A DNA stretch of 64,000 nucleotides from Gekko japonicus (lineage: Eukaryota): positions 614,150 through 678,149 of the forward strand of contig NW_015172563.1 of assembly GCF_001447785.1 (NCBI RefSeq). Reading direction: 5' to 3'. The stretch's first letter is position 1; the number at the start of each line of letters is the position of its first letter. The notes below the pieces were generated by a model that saw nothing but the letters and a program-made list of their open reading frames with translations, was not told where the DNA came from and ran no database searches. The position numbers were made by a program, and so were the translations under genes. This document shows positions 52,137 through 64,000 of this stretch, one piece after another.

Positions 52137-53849
52137 CTTTCAGCACAGCATGAGACTGAGCAAGGGATCCAAAAGAAAAGGATGAAATGCAATTCCTTTG
52201 TCCCTCCCACTGTACATGCCCTAGTAGATGTCAGCCGAAGGCAGGCTGTTTATCTTAAAAGGTCATAGTTGTTCTAAAGGGTTCCCATTACCCTGAAGCC
52301 TCTGCTCAGATATGCAGGTCAGCACATGGCAATGGCCACCTCCTACAAACCTCTGGTAAGAGTTGTCTCTGCCTTGATAGAATCAGCACAAAATAAATCT
52401 TCCTCCTTGCTCCCAGGAGCTTTATCATCTCTCTTTCTCCTTTCACTGACCAGGTCAGGCCTGGTTAAAGAAGTTTTTTCTGAAGTTGCCAGGATTTTTC
52501 CCTCTGAAGTTTTTCTAGCGCTTAATTCCTCCAAATCTATGTTCCCTGATAGATATCACCTGTCTAGTTGGAAGGGGGAGGCTTGGACTTCTCATGGTCT
52601 CTTGCTAGATATATTAGCATTTCTAAAAAGGGTGGCTGAGGTGAGGCTGGAAAACAATTCAATTGATTTCCTCCCCTCCTGCCCATTCTCTCCCAAGAGA
52701 GAGAAGTTAGGGTGAAGATTTTGCTCAGTTCAAACCTCCAAACAAAAATTTGTTTCTTCACAGGCTCCAAACAAAGTAAGCTATTGATTCTTTTAAGTTT
52801 AAACAAGCAACACTTTTCCTGAGAGAACTGGAAATATTATTAAAATTCTAGCAGTTGTGAAGTTTAGCAGTTACTCTTAATAATTAAAACATCGACTACC
52901 CAGTTTGAAGGTCTGTTATTGACATACTGTGTATATACATGATAGAAACAATGGGTTTAAATAATTCACTATAAAGATGTATGACTCATTTCTGTGCATT
53001 TTCCTGTTAAGACGTTCCTTTCCCCCCCATGGTTTTAATTTAAATGGAAAAACAGAAAAAGTGTATGATGGCGGGATTAACAGGTTACTTCTGAGGCCAA
53101 AGAAATGACAGATATACTAAAATGCTAAAATATGCTAGCATATATAAATTAAAACCCGAAATAGATTCGAAATGGTGTGTGGATGTGGGACTATCTTGTT
53201 ACAAAGGACTAGGATAAAGCTGCCTTTGAAGCTAGTGTGAATTACTTAATGTACTTATAAGATATTTTCTTTTAACAGCTTAAAAACATTGTTCTATCTA
53301 GAAGAAATTCTAAGAGCAATTGCTCTTAGAACATCAATTTTGGCACCTGAAAGCACTGTGGCCCTGTTTTGTAAATCTTTTCATTAAAAAACACACAAAC
53401 CCCAGTACACCATATATCAATGAGATGCAATATCAGGCAGGGAACTTCTATGCTAGGATTTTCGTGTTGTTCATAAAAGCCTAGGTGATTCGAGAGCCAA
53501 CCATTGTGAACCTTGGAAGCTTTAAGCTTATTTCTGCATATCAAATAGGACTGAGAAAGAGAGGCGATAGCCCTCTATCTGTGTGTAGAAATGAGAGAGT
53601 GAGAAAAAATTAATTTCTTGAAAACCTCACTGGATTTCATTTTTTTATTATGAAAGTTACCATGTGATGGTTTGATATATAAAAAAGCCAGCCAAAATAT
53701 GTGACTATTTTTTTAAAAAGCTGATACTTGTTTAAACACTAATTCATTAAACTGTTCCTGAGTTGATTTGCAACATCCATTCACACTGTAGAGCAAGCAG
53801 GATTTAGACCTCGCCGTAGTTGTGAAGACCAGCCTACTGCTCATTAATT

Positions 53850-54210
53850 TCATTGAGTGCCCACGAGTTGTATTGTGAGACGGGAGAAAGGTACTTGCTT
53901 TACCTTCTCTATCCCATGCCTTATTTTGTAAACCTCCATCATGTCACCCCTCAATCGTTGTTTCTCCAAGCTAAAGAGCCCTAACCTCTTTAACTTTTCT
54001 TCACAGGGCAAGTGTTCCATCCCCTTAATCATTCTAGTTGCCCTTTTCTGAACTTTTTCCAATGCTATAATACCTTTTTTGAGGTGCAGTGACTAGAACT
54101 GTATGTATTCCAAATGAGGTCGCACCATCAATTTATACAGGGGCACTGTGATACTGGTTGATTTGTTTTCAATTCCCTTCCTAATAATCCCCAGCATAGC
54201 ATTTGCCTTT
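53850..54210 (-). mobile_element. CR1 LINE ORF2 C-terminal fragment
   Basis: EKVQKRATRMIKGMEHL..EEKLKRLGLFSLEK.RLRGDM.EVYKI. Confidence 0.88.
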
Positions 54211-54234
54211 TGTATTGCCATCATACGTGTAAAG

Positions 54235-54465
54235 TGTGGAAGATGGCTAATAGAATACAAGCAGGCTTTGACAGATGTGCAGACCTGTTGTTGAAATGGG
54301 GCAAAATACTAGGACCCACATGCGATTGTGGTGCAGCCCAGCAAACTGTTTTCCATCTGTCACAGGAATGTGAACATCATGCTCTCCAGGGTGATGTGAC
54401 AGAGCTCTTTGAACTCTCCCCAGCTTCAACTGAGTGGATTGAAAATTTAGACCTGGACTTAATCA
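54235..54465 (+). mobile_element. Non-LTR retroelement C-terminal fragment (Vingi/Ingi-like)
   Basis: NRIQAG..RC..LL.KWG....PTCDCG..QQTV.HL..EC pattern. Confidence 0.55.
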
Positions 54466-55021
54466 GACCCTGGATAACTGTGACAAGATCATGACTCTCA
54501 AGGATGATGTACCAGCCAAAATTGGCTAAGGGTACTGCATGCTAGAGAGAAGACCTGTGTCTGCTTTTCAAGATACAGATTTAGCAGTTTACCAAGCTGC
54601 AAATCTGCTCCTTTAGAGCAACTTCATCTAGTCCAGGCTGCATCCACAGTTGAATTTATAATTGATCAATAGTGTCTCAGTCTTATCTGAACTGAGTTTC
54701 AGTTTGCTGGCCCATATATTCTAGCCCATTATTGCCTCTGACACAGGTTCAGCACATCCATTTCCTTGTCCAGCTCAAGCAACAGAGAAAGAGAATGGAG
54801 AGTCATCTGCATACTGTAACACTTTGCTCCAAATCCCAGCAGTTTTACATACATGGTAAATGGCATGGGGAAATAGCATGATACACTATGGGACTCCATA
54901 GCATAAATAGCTCCATCTCCAACTTCTAGAACCAGTCAGCTGTAGGAACAGAACTGTGTGAGCTTGTTGCTTCCCAAATCCCTCTCAGCCAGCCAGTCCA
55001 AATGGCCACTATGGCAGAAAG

Positions 55022-55235
55022 TATCAAAAGTAACAAAGCAGTCCAGAAGAATCAACAGGGTCACATTGCCTTGTCCATTTCCTGACCAAGGCCAGTTTCA
55101 AAACCAGGCTGGAAATCTAATTGAAATTATATCAAAAGTAACAAAGCAATCCAGAAGAATCAACAGGGTCACATTGTCTTGTCCATTTCCTGACAAGGCC
55201 AGTTCCAAAACCAGGCTGGAAATCTAATTGAAATT
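55022..55235. repeat. ~107-bp tandem duplication
   Basis: Two near-identical units TATCAAAAGTAACAAAGCA...CTAATTGAAATT. Confidence 0.9.
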
Positions 55236-58200
55236 TATTAAAGTTAAGGATCTTCAGAAGCAATTTTTTCTTCTTTTCAGTGTCTTTCCAAATGCAGCAT
55301 CTCACATCCTAAACAGGAAGTGCCTGGAGATCTAAGAACAGAAAGAGAACCAGTGGTTTCTCAAAAGACATTAAAACATTTTGGTAATAAAAAGTCATGG
55401 GCACAACTGGAAAAATGCTTTAAAATGTTAGGTGCTGGCCTTCTTTCTATCTTAATGTCTGTTTTTAAGGTCATGATCCTGCGTTTATTTTACAGTAGAT
55501 GGATGGATATTGCAACTATCCATCTTACAGCTATAGGAACAGTCAATATTATTGTCTTTAATAAAAATATGCCATCAGTCTGTGACTTTGGAACAGTATT
55601 TAATTCGCTAATTACAGTATCTGGTCTTTATATTACTAATTCCTCCTTCAGGAGGGTTATTTATGCATTACCTCAGAGAAATATTATTTATGCAGCAAGA
55701 AAATATGGCATTATGAATATCTGGACAAAACTAAAATAGTATTAACAGTGTCAGATGAAGATACAGAAAAATGGCTAGGCCATGAGTAAAAATCAGCATC
55801 TGTATTACACTTAAGATAAATTATTCTTTATGTGGGCTATACAGACCATTACAGGCAATCTACAAATCTTGGGGGGCATTCAGAACTTTAGGAGTATATA
55901 GGGGCATTTGAGGTTTTAGGCAGCTCCTTCTTCCCACTTGCAATGACTTCTGACAGTCAGTGGAAGAGAGTTATTTCTGCTGCTCACCCTGCCCTGAGGA
56001 TAAAATCCCAGGTCTTAGATTTCTCTTCCAGGTCCCTAAGAAAGTGAGACAAAGAAAATAACAATCCCTACATTAAAGAGTTAGCTGATGGCATAAGGGT
56101 CTCACTGCATATATGCCTGAGATCTGCGTATCATATGAATATATTATAAATATACCTATTGTCATAAAGTTGTCTTGTCTGGATGCAGCTTTATTTCCTG
56201 ATTTTATACATGTGGCTTTTGGGGGCATTTATTGCTAATGTTGTGTACTTAAGGGGATGTTGTGTACTTAGTGGAATAAGAACCACTGCTTTAGATTGCT
56301 CACAAGACTTCAGAGACAGTGTCTTAGGAATGGGGGCACTGAGGAAGTAGGAGTAGGGGAACAAAATTCCTGGGGCTGGGGTCACCCAGGGGATCCAAGA
56401 AGCTGGGCAAGTAATTTGGCTTTTCAAATGGTATTTGAGCTTGTTTGTTTGTTTTGTTTGTTTATGTTATTGAAAAATTTATTTCCCACCTTTCTGTCCT
56501 TACAAGAGCCTCCAAGGCAGCTAACAATTCAAAATGTACATGATAAGATACATTATAAAACCATTAAATAACACACACCCCTCACCCCTGTGGGTGATGT
56601 GAAGAAGGGAGCCCAAAGGGAATTTTGGTCTGCGCCCTGTGGTGGCATTCCTGCTGAGGAAACATTTTACANNNNNNNNNNNNNNNNNNNNNNNNNNNNN
56701 NNNNNNNNNNNNNNNNNNNNNNNNNNNNNNNNNNNNNNNNNNNNNNNNNNNNNNNNNNNNNNNNNNNNNNNNNNNNNNNNNNNNNNNNNNNNNNNNNNNN
56801 NNNNNNNNNNNNNNNNNGCCCGCCATTTTTCGCGGGCAATCTTCGGGGGGTTTTTTAACGTTCACTTTAGAGCACTATGGCGCTATAGTGCTATAACACA
56901 ACACTCCAGGCATTCCAATGGGGTTGATATAATGCTGTTTTGTTATAGCGCTATAGCGCTATAAAGCGAACGTTTAAAAAAAGCTGGAGATCACCCACAC
57001 GGGCAAAAAATGGCGGGAAAAAGCACATCAGAACTGGGAGAGGAAACTGAAGACTACTTGGAAGGGGTTGACAGGTAAAACGCTTCAGCCACATTTCCTA
57101 AATGGGACAGAAGCGTTTGTGTGTGAAATTACAAATATATTCCGGTAGGGAACCAGTTCTAAAACGGTTCTGTCTGAAATGACAGACCAGAAACCGTTTG
57201 GGAACTGTTCCTCTTCCGGATTATATCATCTGTCTGAAATTCCTCATTATCTTCATGGTTACAGGGGGAGGCTGGCTTCCCTAAGTCCTCCTAGTGAGTT
57301 CAGGGCACAAGGAGAAATTTGAATTGGGGACTATTAAGCTGAGCTCATAGCTGCTACACCATAGAATACCAACTCACATTATGGACACAAACAAGCAATA
57401 ACTATGGTTAGCCTAGTGAACCAAATGTTTGACTCTCCCACTGAAATCAGTTGGATGTCATGCTTATACATGCTCACAGCAAAGAGCCACTGTTTTCAGC
57501 ATCATATTTGGATTCATTGCTTTTTATTAGACAGTTACAGTGGCACATATATAAATACATTCTTAGCACTTTTTTCCCAGGCAGCTTGCTTTGTATATTA
57601 ATAGGTGCACATGTGCTCCTTGAATGCCCTGAAAAAGATGAATGAAACTAGTTACTGCCAGAAATATTCTCTCGTGATTTAATGGCTGGTTTTTACTTAT
57701 GCCCTCTAGATCTGTGTTAAGCAGTCATGTTTAATTCATTTGTACTTTAGAATATGGGTCATGTGTTTTTCCCTTACTCGTGATTAGACAGGCTGACAGT
57801 TTCTGCTTAGATAAGACATGCTTTGTTACAAAATGGAGATTAATCTGTTAACGTGCCTGCTACAGTTTTACAGTCAATCTTGTCATATCAGGTAATTTAG
57901 GAGGCTGCTGTTGTCTTCCCAGTGTTCTATTTTTAAAAAAAGACAATACCAGTATTTCCATGAAGGCACCATCTGATTTCTGTCCCAGGTTTGGCAGCAC
58001 AATGATAATGGAACAGCCTTCAGTAATACCAAGACATTGTGTTCTGCTCACATTATTTTGAGAAATTAAATATTAAAAAATAGCCCCCTGCTTTTATGTG
58101 TTGATGATACTAAAATGAAGTAATTCCTATAAGAAACAGCACAACTATTGTTAATGGCACTGTTTTTAAAAGAGCAAATGAGAAAATACTGCATATATAC

Positions 58201-59473
58201 CATTGCTATGGCCGTTCCCATTCCAGTTATGAAACCAGAAACATAAAGCAACCCACAGACAAGGTTGGTATCTATGCCTACCCAGGAGACTCCCCAGGTG
58301 TGCAGAAAAATATGATCAAAATGGGAGGGGATTCCACAAAGGTCTAGGGATGCCTGAGCAGGTTCCAGGAAGTGCAGAACATGGAGCTAGGGTTGCCAGG
58401 TCCTCCCTCGGCACTGGCAGGGGGTAGGTTTGGTTGGCAAACTACTGGAGATTTGGGGATGAAGCCTGGGGAGGACAGGGATCACAGTGGGGTACAATGC
58501 CACCGAGTCCACCCTCCAAAACATCCATTTTCTCCAGGGGAACTGATGACTTTGGTCTGGAGATGACCTGTAATTTTGGGGATTCCCCAGGTCCTACCAG
58601 GAGCCTGATATCCCTATGTGGAGAGTCAGTTCAAGGAAAAATGGGGGGATGGGAAATTAGACTGTTCAAGCCTTGGAAAGTTTATGGAGTTTCTGCGAGA
58701 AGCATGAAACTTACTTCCAAGTATAGAATGTTTAGGACCAGGTGGAGGTTCATAAAGTGGTTTCTAATATATTAACACCACAGTGGTTTTAATGTTTTAA
58801 TTGGTATTTTAATTACTTGTATTATTTTATCATTGTTGATTTGTTTCTATGTGTAGTAAGGTGCCTTGAAAACTATGATTTGACCCAATGTAATTTTTTA
58901 AAATAGAAATTGGATTTTTATAGCTGTTTCCCAAGCTCTTCCCTAAACATATCAGAAAATCAGCCCCTTTATCAATGTTCAACTAAGGTTGCAAGATCAT
59001 TCTTTTTCAAAAGCCATTTGCCTGAGTAGGGTGTGTATTAGTTGTTGTTAAGCTTCTGCTTTGCTTTTGTTCATTGTAATTTGTTTTAATTGCATTTTTG
59101 TTTGTTTGCAGACTGCTTTGAGCTAGGCTTGGGAAAGTAGTATAGAAGTATTATAAATGAGTGAGTGAGTGAGCGAGTGAATGAACTGAGTGGACCAAGG
59201 CTGCTATATGATCCCTGTGACATCACGAGCATGGTCTTGCATATCCCTCTGGGTCATCATAGAGGAATTACTATGAAATGGATCATTGATTCATAGTTCA
59301 GCAGAACAACTCGCTGGGAAGGTAGTGGAATATCGTTCCTTTCATTCCCCCCCTCCCCCAGCAAAGGTTCCTCAAACCTGTCTACACTAATGTTTTAAAT
59401 GTAAGTCATCCCGTCTTTGATGAAGATTGAACTGCTTAACCCATAGGCATCCTTTCCACCTCTTAGCACTAAC

Positions 59474-59845
59474 CAGAGGTAATTTCGGAGGGGATCGCGG
59501 GGGATTGCAGTTCCCCCTGGTGAGGTACGGGGCGGGGCACATGACGGAGCCCCACCCCCTGCTTCTGGCCGCCCCACTTCCGGCCCTCATTCAGCCAGGA
59601 GGAGGCAGGAGAAGAGGGAGGGTAAGTTGCTTCCTCCCTGCCTCTCCCCACCCCTGCCTGCAAGCTGCAAGGCCGCCAGCGGCGGCCGGGACCGTTGGGG
59701 GCGGGGTGTGTGGCCTTATGACACACTTCCGGTGATGTCAGGGGTGTGGCCTTATGACACTTCTGGTGATGTCAGGGGGTGTGGCATATGCTAATGAGTT
59801 ATGCTAATGAGTTCCCCTAGCTCTTTTTCTACGAAACGACCCCTG
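59474..59845. mobile_element. hAT-type MITE
   Basis: TIRs CAGAGGTAATTTCG / CGAAACGACCCCTG and perfect TSD gcactaac. A related end lies at about 22349-22450. Confidence 0.85.
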
Positions 59846-60999
59846 GCACTAACTGTTCAATTGATGTCACTGTTGTACTCATGAACTATTTAACAGGATA
59901 CATTTGAGGGCAAGCTCTAATGGGCCTTTCCTTGCTTGTAATTATTTTTTCCTGTAATTAATTACAGAATGACAATGGGGAATCTAATCATTTAATGGTG
60001 ATTGCCAGTCTAACAGGACAGTATACTGTCTCTGAAATTTGGTTTGAGAAAGGAAAGCTATGCAATATGGAACTGTATGTGCCTCTAGAGTGGAGAGAGA
60101 TGCAGGGGTGTAACAGCTAGGGCATAGTGATGCAGCATAGAGATGCAGTGACGGGGAAAGCAGCATCTGACGTCTTCTACCTATAACACTTTTCCAGTCC
60201 TGGGATTTGTTCTAGGGTTGCCTATCTCCAGTTGGAGCCTGGAGATCCCCTGAAATTATAACTGCTATCCGTATGACAGAGATCAGTTTCCCTTTGCGGA
60301 GTGGACTCTGTTGACATAGACCATCAAAGAGATATTAACAGCGTCCCAAACTTCTTGACTCCAGAGAAGCTTATCTCTCTGTCCTGGAGGTACCCAGTCA
60401 ACAGAGAGCTTTCACTTTGGAGAGATGGTGAGTCCTCCCCTCTGCAGTTTTAGAGGGGAGATATAAAAAGACTCCCATGAAGGACAGAATCTGTCAGTGT
60501 GGCACCAAAGAGGTGGAATCAATTGAGCATGTACTCTATTACTGGTGCTTTTATCAGGAAGCTCAGTCAAATATAATTTCACCTCTGTTTAATAATTATC
60601 CAGGATGTTCAGATGTTGATATCTCAAAGAAGCTTTTAATGGGTGTTAACCAACAGGTTACTGTCAGCTGTACTAATTTTTTTTCCAGTAGCTTGCAGAA
60701 TTCGTTGTGAAATTTTATGTATGGATTTTAAATTTGAGAGATTTCTACTATTGGCAATAGGACGGATCAATTTTATTTTTTAATGATTTTTCTGTATAGC
60801 TTTTGCAGTTGATTTGTACTGGTCGTTGGCCGAATGAATAAATTGATTGATTGAGGGTAGACTCTGTGGCATTATAGTCTTCCCCAGGCTATACCCCCAA
60901 ATCTCCAGGAATTTACCAATCCAGAGTTAGCAAACTTAATTGGTAGAAACATTTTAAACTAGTTATTATTCAACTGTGTAGCATGGTGACAGTGCACCA

Positions 61000-61312
61000 T
61001 CAAATGCAGGAAATATATTTGGGAAATTGTGTTACTGTTACCTAGTTCCCATAATAAAAGTGACTTTCCCTTTCTTTCAACTATCAGTGCTAAAGCATTT
61101 ACATGAGGACAAGGAGGTGGAGCCTTTTCTGTTCATCACAGCAAGGCAGCTCGCTTGCTCTCTTTCTCTTTCCCTCCCCTGTGAGTCTCTCTCTCTCTGT
61201 GCCTCTCTCGGAGTAGAATGAACAGTTTTCCTTCAGACTCTAGACCGCTCTCCAGTTTGCAGTTTGGGGTGTACACAGAGAGAACGAGGAAGAAAATAAA
61301 GCAGTAGATGCC
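61000..61312 (+). promoter_or_regulatory. Probable internal promoter / 5'UTR of the short AKAP7 isoform
   Basis: Repeat-free, CT-rich sequence directly upstream of the MGQLCC start exon. Inferred from position only; the TSS is not located. Confidence 0.5.
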
Positions 61313-61361
61313 ATGGGGCAGCTCTGCTGCTATCCTTTCACCAGAGAGGAGGAGAAAATCA
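61313..61361 (+). CDS. AKAP7: AKAP7 short isoform (AKAP18 alpha/beta type) first coding exon with N-terminal lipidation motif
   Basis: GCCATGG Kozak context. Encodes MGQLCCYPFTREEEKI(S), like AKAP18-alpha MGQLCCFPFSRDEGKIS (Gly2 myristoylation, Cys-Cys palmitoylation). The A|GTAAGT donor is phase 1, the same phase as the 28488 donor, so both can join one shared terminal PKA-binding exon beyond the window. Confidence 0.92.
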
Positions 61362-63873
61362 GTAAGTCTGGCTGCTTTTGTGCAGTGCTGGAGTCTTTCT
61401 GAAGCCTGGATTCAGCTGTTTTAGAGTGCCATTTACAGCTGGGAGAGGAAAGATTTATTTCTTTGGGTGTGTTTTTCCCCTCTCTTAGAATTAGATACTG
61501 AGTGTGGGCTGGCAGAAGTTAAATATTGTGTTTGCACTCATATGCATGCATTTTAGTATGTTAGATTTCTCAGTAAACTGAGATAAACTGTATTTGTTAA
61601 CTGATTTTCTCTTGGAATTATGAAAGGTTATTTGTGCTACCATAGATGATTAAAGGTAGCAGTCTACCAGCACATCAGGGCAGTGATGGTGTTTTTTTAA
61701 CTTGTCAGATGGGCAGTATGGGGACAGGGCAGCCTTTCCATGTTAGAGTCTGACATCCATGGAAGGCACTGCTTACTAGCAGTAAGCAGTAGTCATGGAG
61801 GTCTGAATACCTAAGGATTTTGCATTTGTATTTCAAGGATGAGAAAAGCTATCACTAGTATTTTTATCATAATATATGGCAACGTGCTACTTCCCTAGCT
61901 AGCAACTCCAAAAAATAGTATTTCCTTTTTGGAAAACCTGTTAGATATTTTTCCGTTTTAATTCAAATTTAAGCAATTAAGTTGTATCAAAAGAAGGGAG
62001 GGATTGTGTGAACACAGTTTAATTGATTTCACTGGAATGCTGGAACCTTAAAACAAATTATATACTTTAGTGTGATGTTTGCCCCATCCTTGGCCACACA
62101 ATGGAATATTTACATTGGACTTTTTACTCTCTGAAACCTTTTCAGCCTTCCTTTTAGAAAATCAAGCCAGATGCCTGTCATATTGTTTTCAAATTTAGTT
62201 TTAATGAGGTTCATATGGTGAAGTTTATATATTTAGACCTAGAAATCAACTTCGTTTGCATCTTGTTTGTATTTTCTATTCCTAGATGTCTGTCAGGAAG
62301 CTGTCTATGTACAGAAAATTAGCTGCAATTATTTAGCTGATCAAAAAAAATTACTAAACATAGTCTAATTTTGGCAGCCCCCCAAATTATCCACTTCAGC
62401 CTGTCTGTAATCCTAAACCACTTTTAGCTCAGTGAAAGACAAGGAAATTATCTTTGAAATCTGACTTCGAAAGTTTTATTTTTTGATAATGTTATCTAAA
62501 TGGTATACCTATGAGGAACTGAAGCAGGAATACTTTTTGCAGTGTTCATTCAGAGGAGGATGGGGTGGGGAAGGATTTGAGAAAGTGGCCAGAAAGATTA
62601 AGGGTGGAACAACTACACCAGCTGCGGTCTTCAAGCAGTAGTAAGAGTACCCAGATAAAGCAGGGGAGGAACCAATGTGGAATGAGGCTTGGGGAGGAAT
62701 GGAGGGAGGAAGTGTAGAGGGTGGGTTCCTAGCCAGAGCATATTCAAGACTTGGTGAGGCCTGGCAAGATCTTGAAATCAGAAGAGGGGTGGGAAGGCCA
62801 TGGCAGGAGGACGGACAGGGTTTTCAATGCAGATGCCTCATTGTACAAGTAAATCAGCTGGCAGAAAACTCAGAATAATTAGAATAACCAATCAAGGCTC
62901 AGGTCATACTTGGCCAATGAGGAGATACTGGCCTAGGGAATAACAGCTTAACAAGCTGTTATCAGTTCATCATACAGAAGGCAAGGGCTTAGTCATGGTT
63001 GATAGTTACCTCTCTAGGAAGGCAGCTGCCTTGAAGGCTGGGTGGTGTGGTCATGACAACGTAATACTTTGATTTCAGAAAGATGATGTTATGTATTTTT
63101 TCCTACCACACATCACTTCTGTAAGTTCTACAATAGGTGGAGCCAGGCAATAAACATAGTATTCTTCATTTTGTGACAAGGAATATAATTTCCAGCTTTT
63201 GGGTTCATTGTATTCCAAAAGGAGCCAGAGATACAGCTGGACTCTCCTTCCAGCCCTTATTTCCAGCAAACATTACTATGTAGGATATGAAGAACATTGA
63301 AGGATGTGAATAGTAATGGAGAAAGTATTTAGACAAGCTTGCGTCATACAGCTGCCCTAACCGGGATAGCCCAGGCTAGCCCCACAGTTCGAATCCTGAC
63401 TCATGCCATGGAAGCTCACTTCGGGCCAGACACTCTCTCAGCCCAACCAACCTCACAGGTCAAGATGGGTAGCCGTCAATGCTCCCTCTAAGCCGTGTTG
63501 CCAGGTCCCTTTGTTGCTCCAGCAGAGGAATTTGGGGGGGCATTCTGGGGGTGGGCAGGGACACCCAAGCCCTACCCCAAGCCCTGCCTCCAAGAGTGAC
63601 CACCTTGTCTAGCTACCCCTCTCCCTCCCCTCCTGCTTGATTTAAAGGGCTTCAGCTGATCAGCAGGGACCAGCTGGAGGACCCTTTAAACCGAGCAGGA
63701 GGAAGGGAGAAGGGTCTCTTTGCGAGCTGAGTGTGCAGCCCATGATCACCCCCTCCCTCCCTTCTGCTAGTTGTGATGTGGTTGTGATGTGGAGGCAGCC
63801 AATAGCAAACCACCTCTGTTAGTCTCTTGCTTTGAAGACCCCATGGGGTCACCATAAGTCAGCTGTGGCTTGA

Positions 63874-63908
<35 letters not shown>

Positions 63909-63919
63909 TACACACACAC
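63874..63919. repeat. Compound (TC)n(AC)n microsatellite
   Basis: Directly visible. Confidence 0.9.
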
Positions 63920-64000
63920 TAGGGTTGCCAAGTGAAATTTACTCACTGGCGGGGGAGCCTCTCCGCACTCCGGGAGCCGTCCCTCGTTGTGCGTGCCGCC

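Noticed and set aside
55022-55235. 107-bp tandem duplication as a functional array
   Set aside because: Only two units with no spacers, apparently within old LINE debris; a local duplication or assembly artefact.
61362-64000. AKAP7 beta-specific exon or terminal PKA-binding exon
   Set aside because: No matching peptide or splice-bounded segment found; probably beyond the window.

Overview
Repeat-rich vertebrate genomic DNA from a squamate reptile (L2, CR1, RTE-BovB, Penelope, L1, Sauria-type SINE and many hAT MITEs; a gecko is my low-confidence guess), with three assembly gaps. The window lies inside the + strand AKAP7 gene: two internal exons of the long isoform's 2H-phosphoesterase domain (9256-9368, 28341-28488) and the alternative first exon of the short membrane-targeted isoform (MGQLCC..., 61313-61361). 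The main discovery is inside the ~19 kb intron between the two long-isoform exons, on the opposite strand. It holds an intact, intronless 815-aa MSH5 ORF (17243-19690), which looks like a retrogene of a normally multi-exon meiotic crossover gene. About 5 kb upstream on the same strand is a CpG-rich, disabled DNA-level copy of alpha-Klotho exon 1 (about 24828-25260) that keeps its splice donor, which is tandemly duplicated. A perfect TACTAAC branch point and acceptor lie between them, so the dead Klotho piece may supply a promoter or 5' exon for MSH5 (hypothesis; the Klotho piece sits between two gaps). Also present: a candidate AKAP7 alternative terminal exon, a full-length L1 with TSD, a young chimeric SINE, and Penelope-derived palindromes with hammerhead-like cores.
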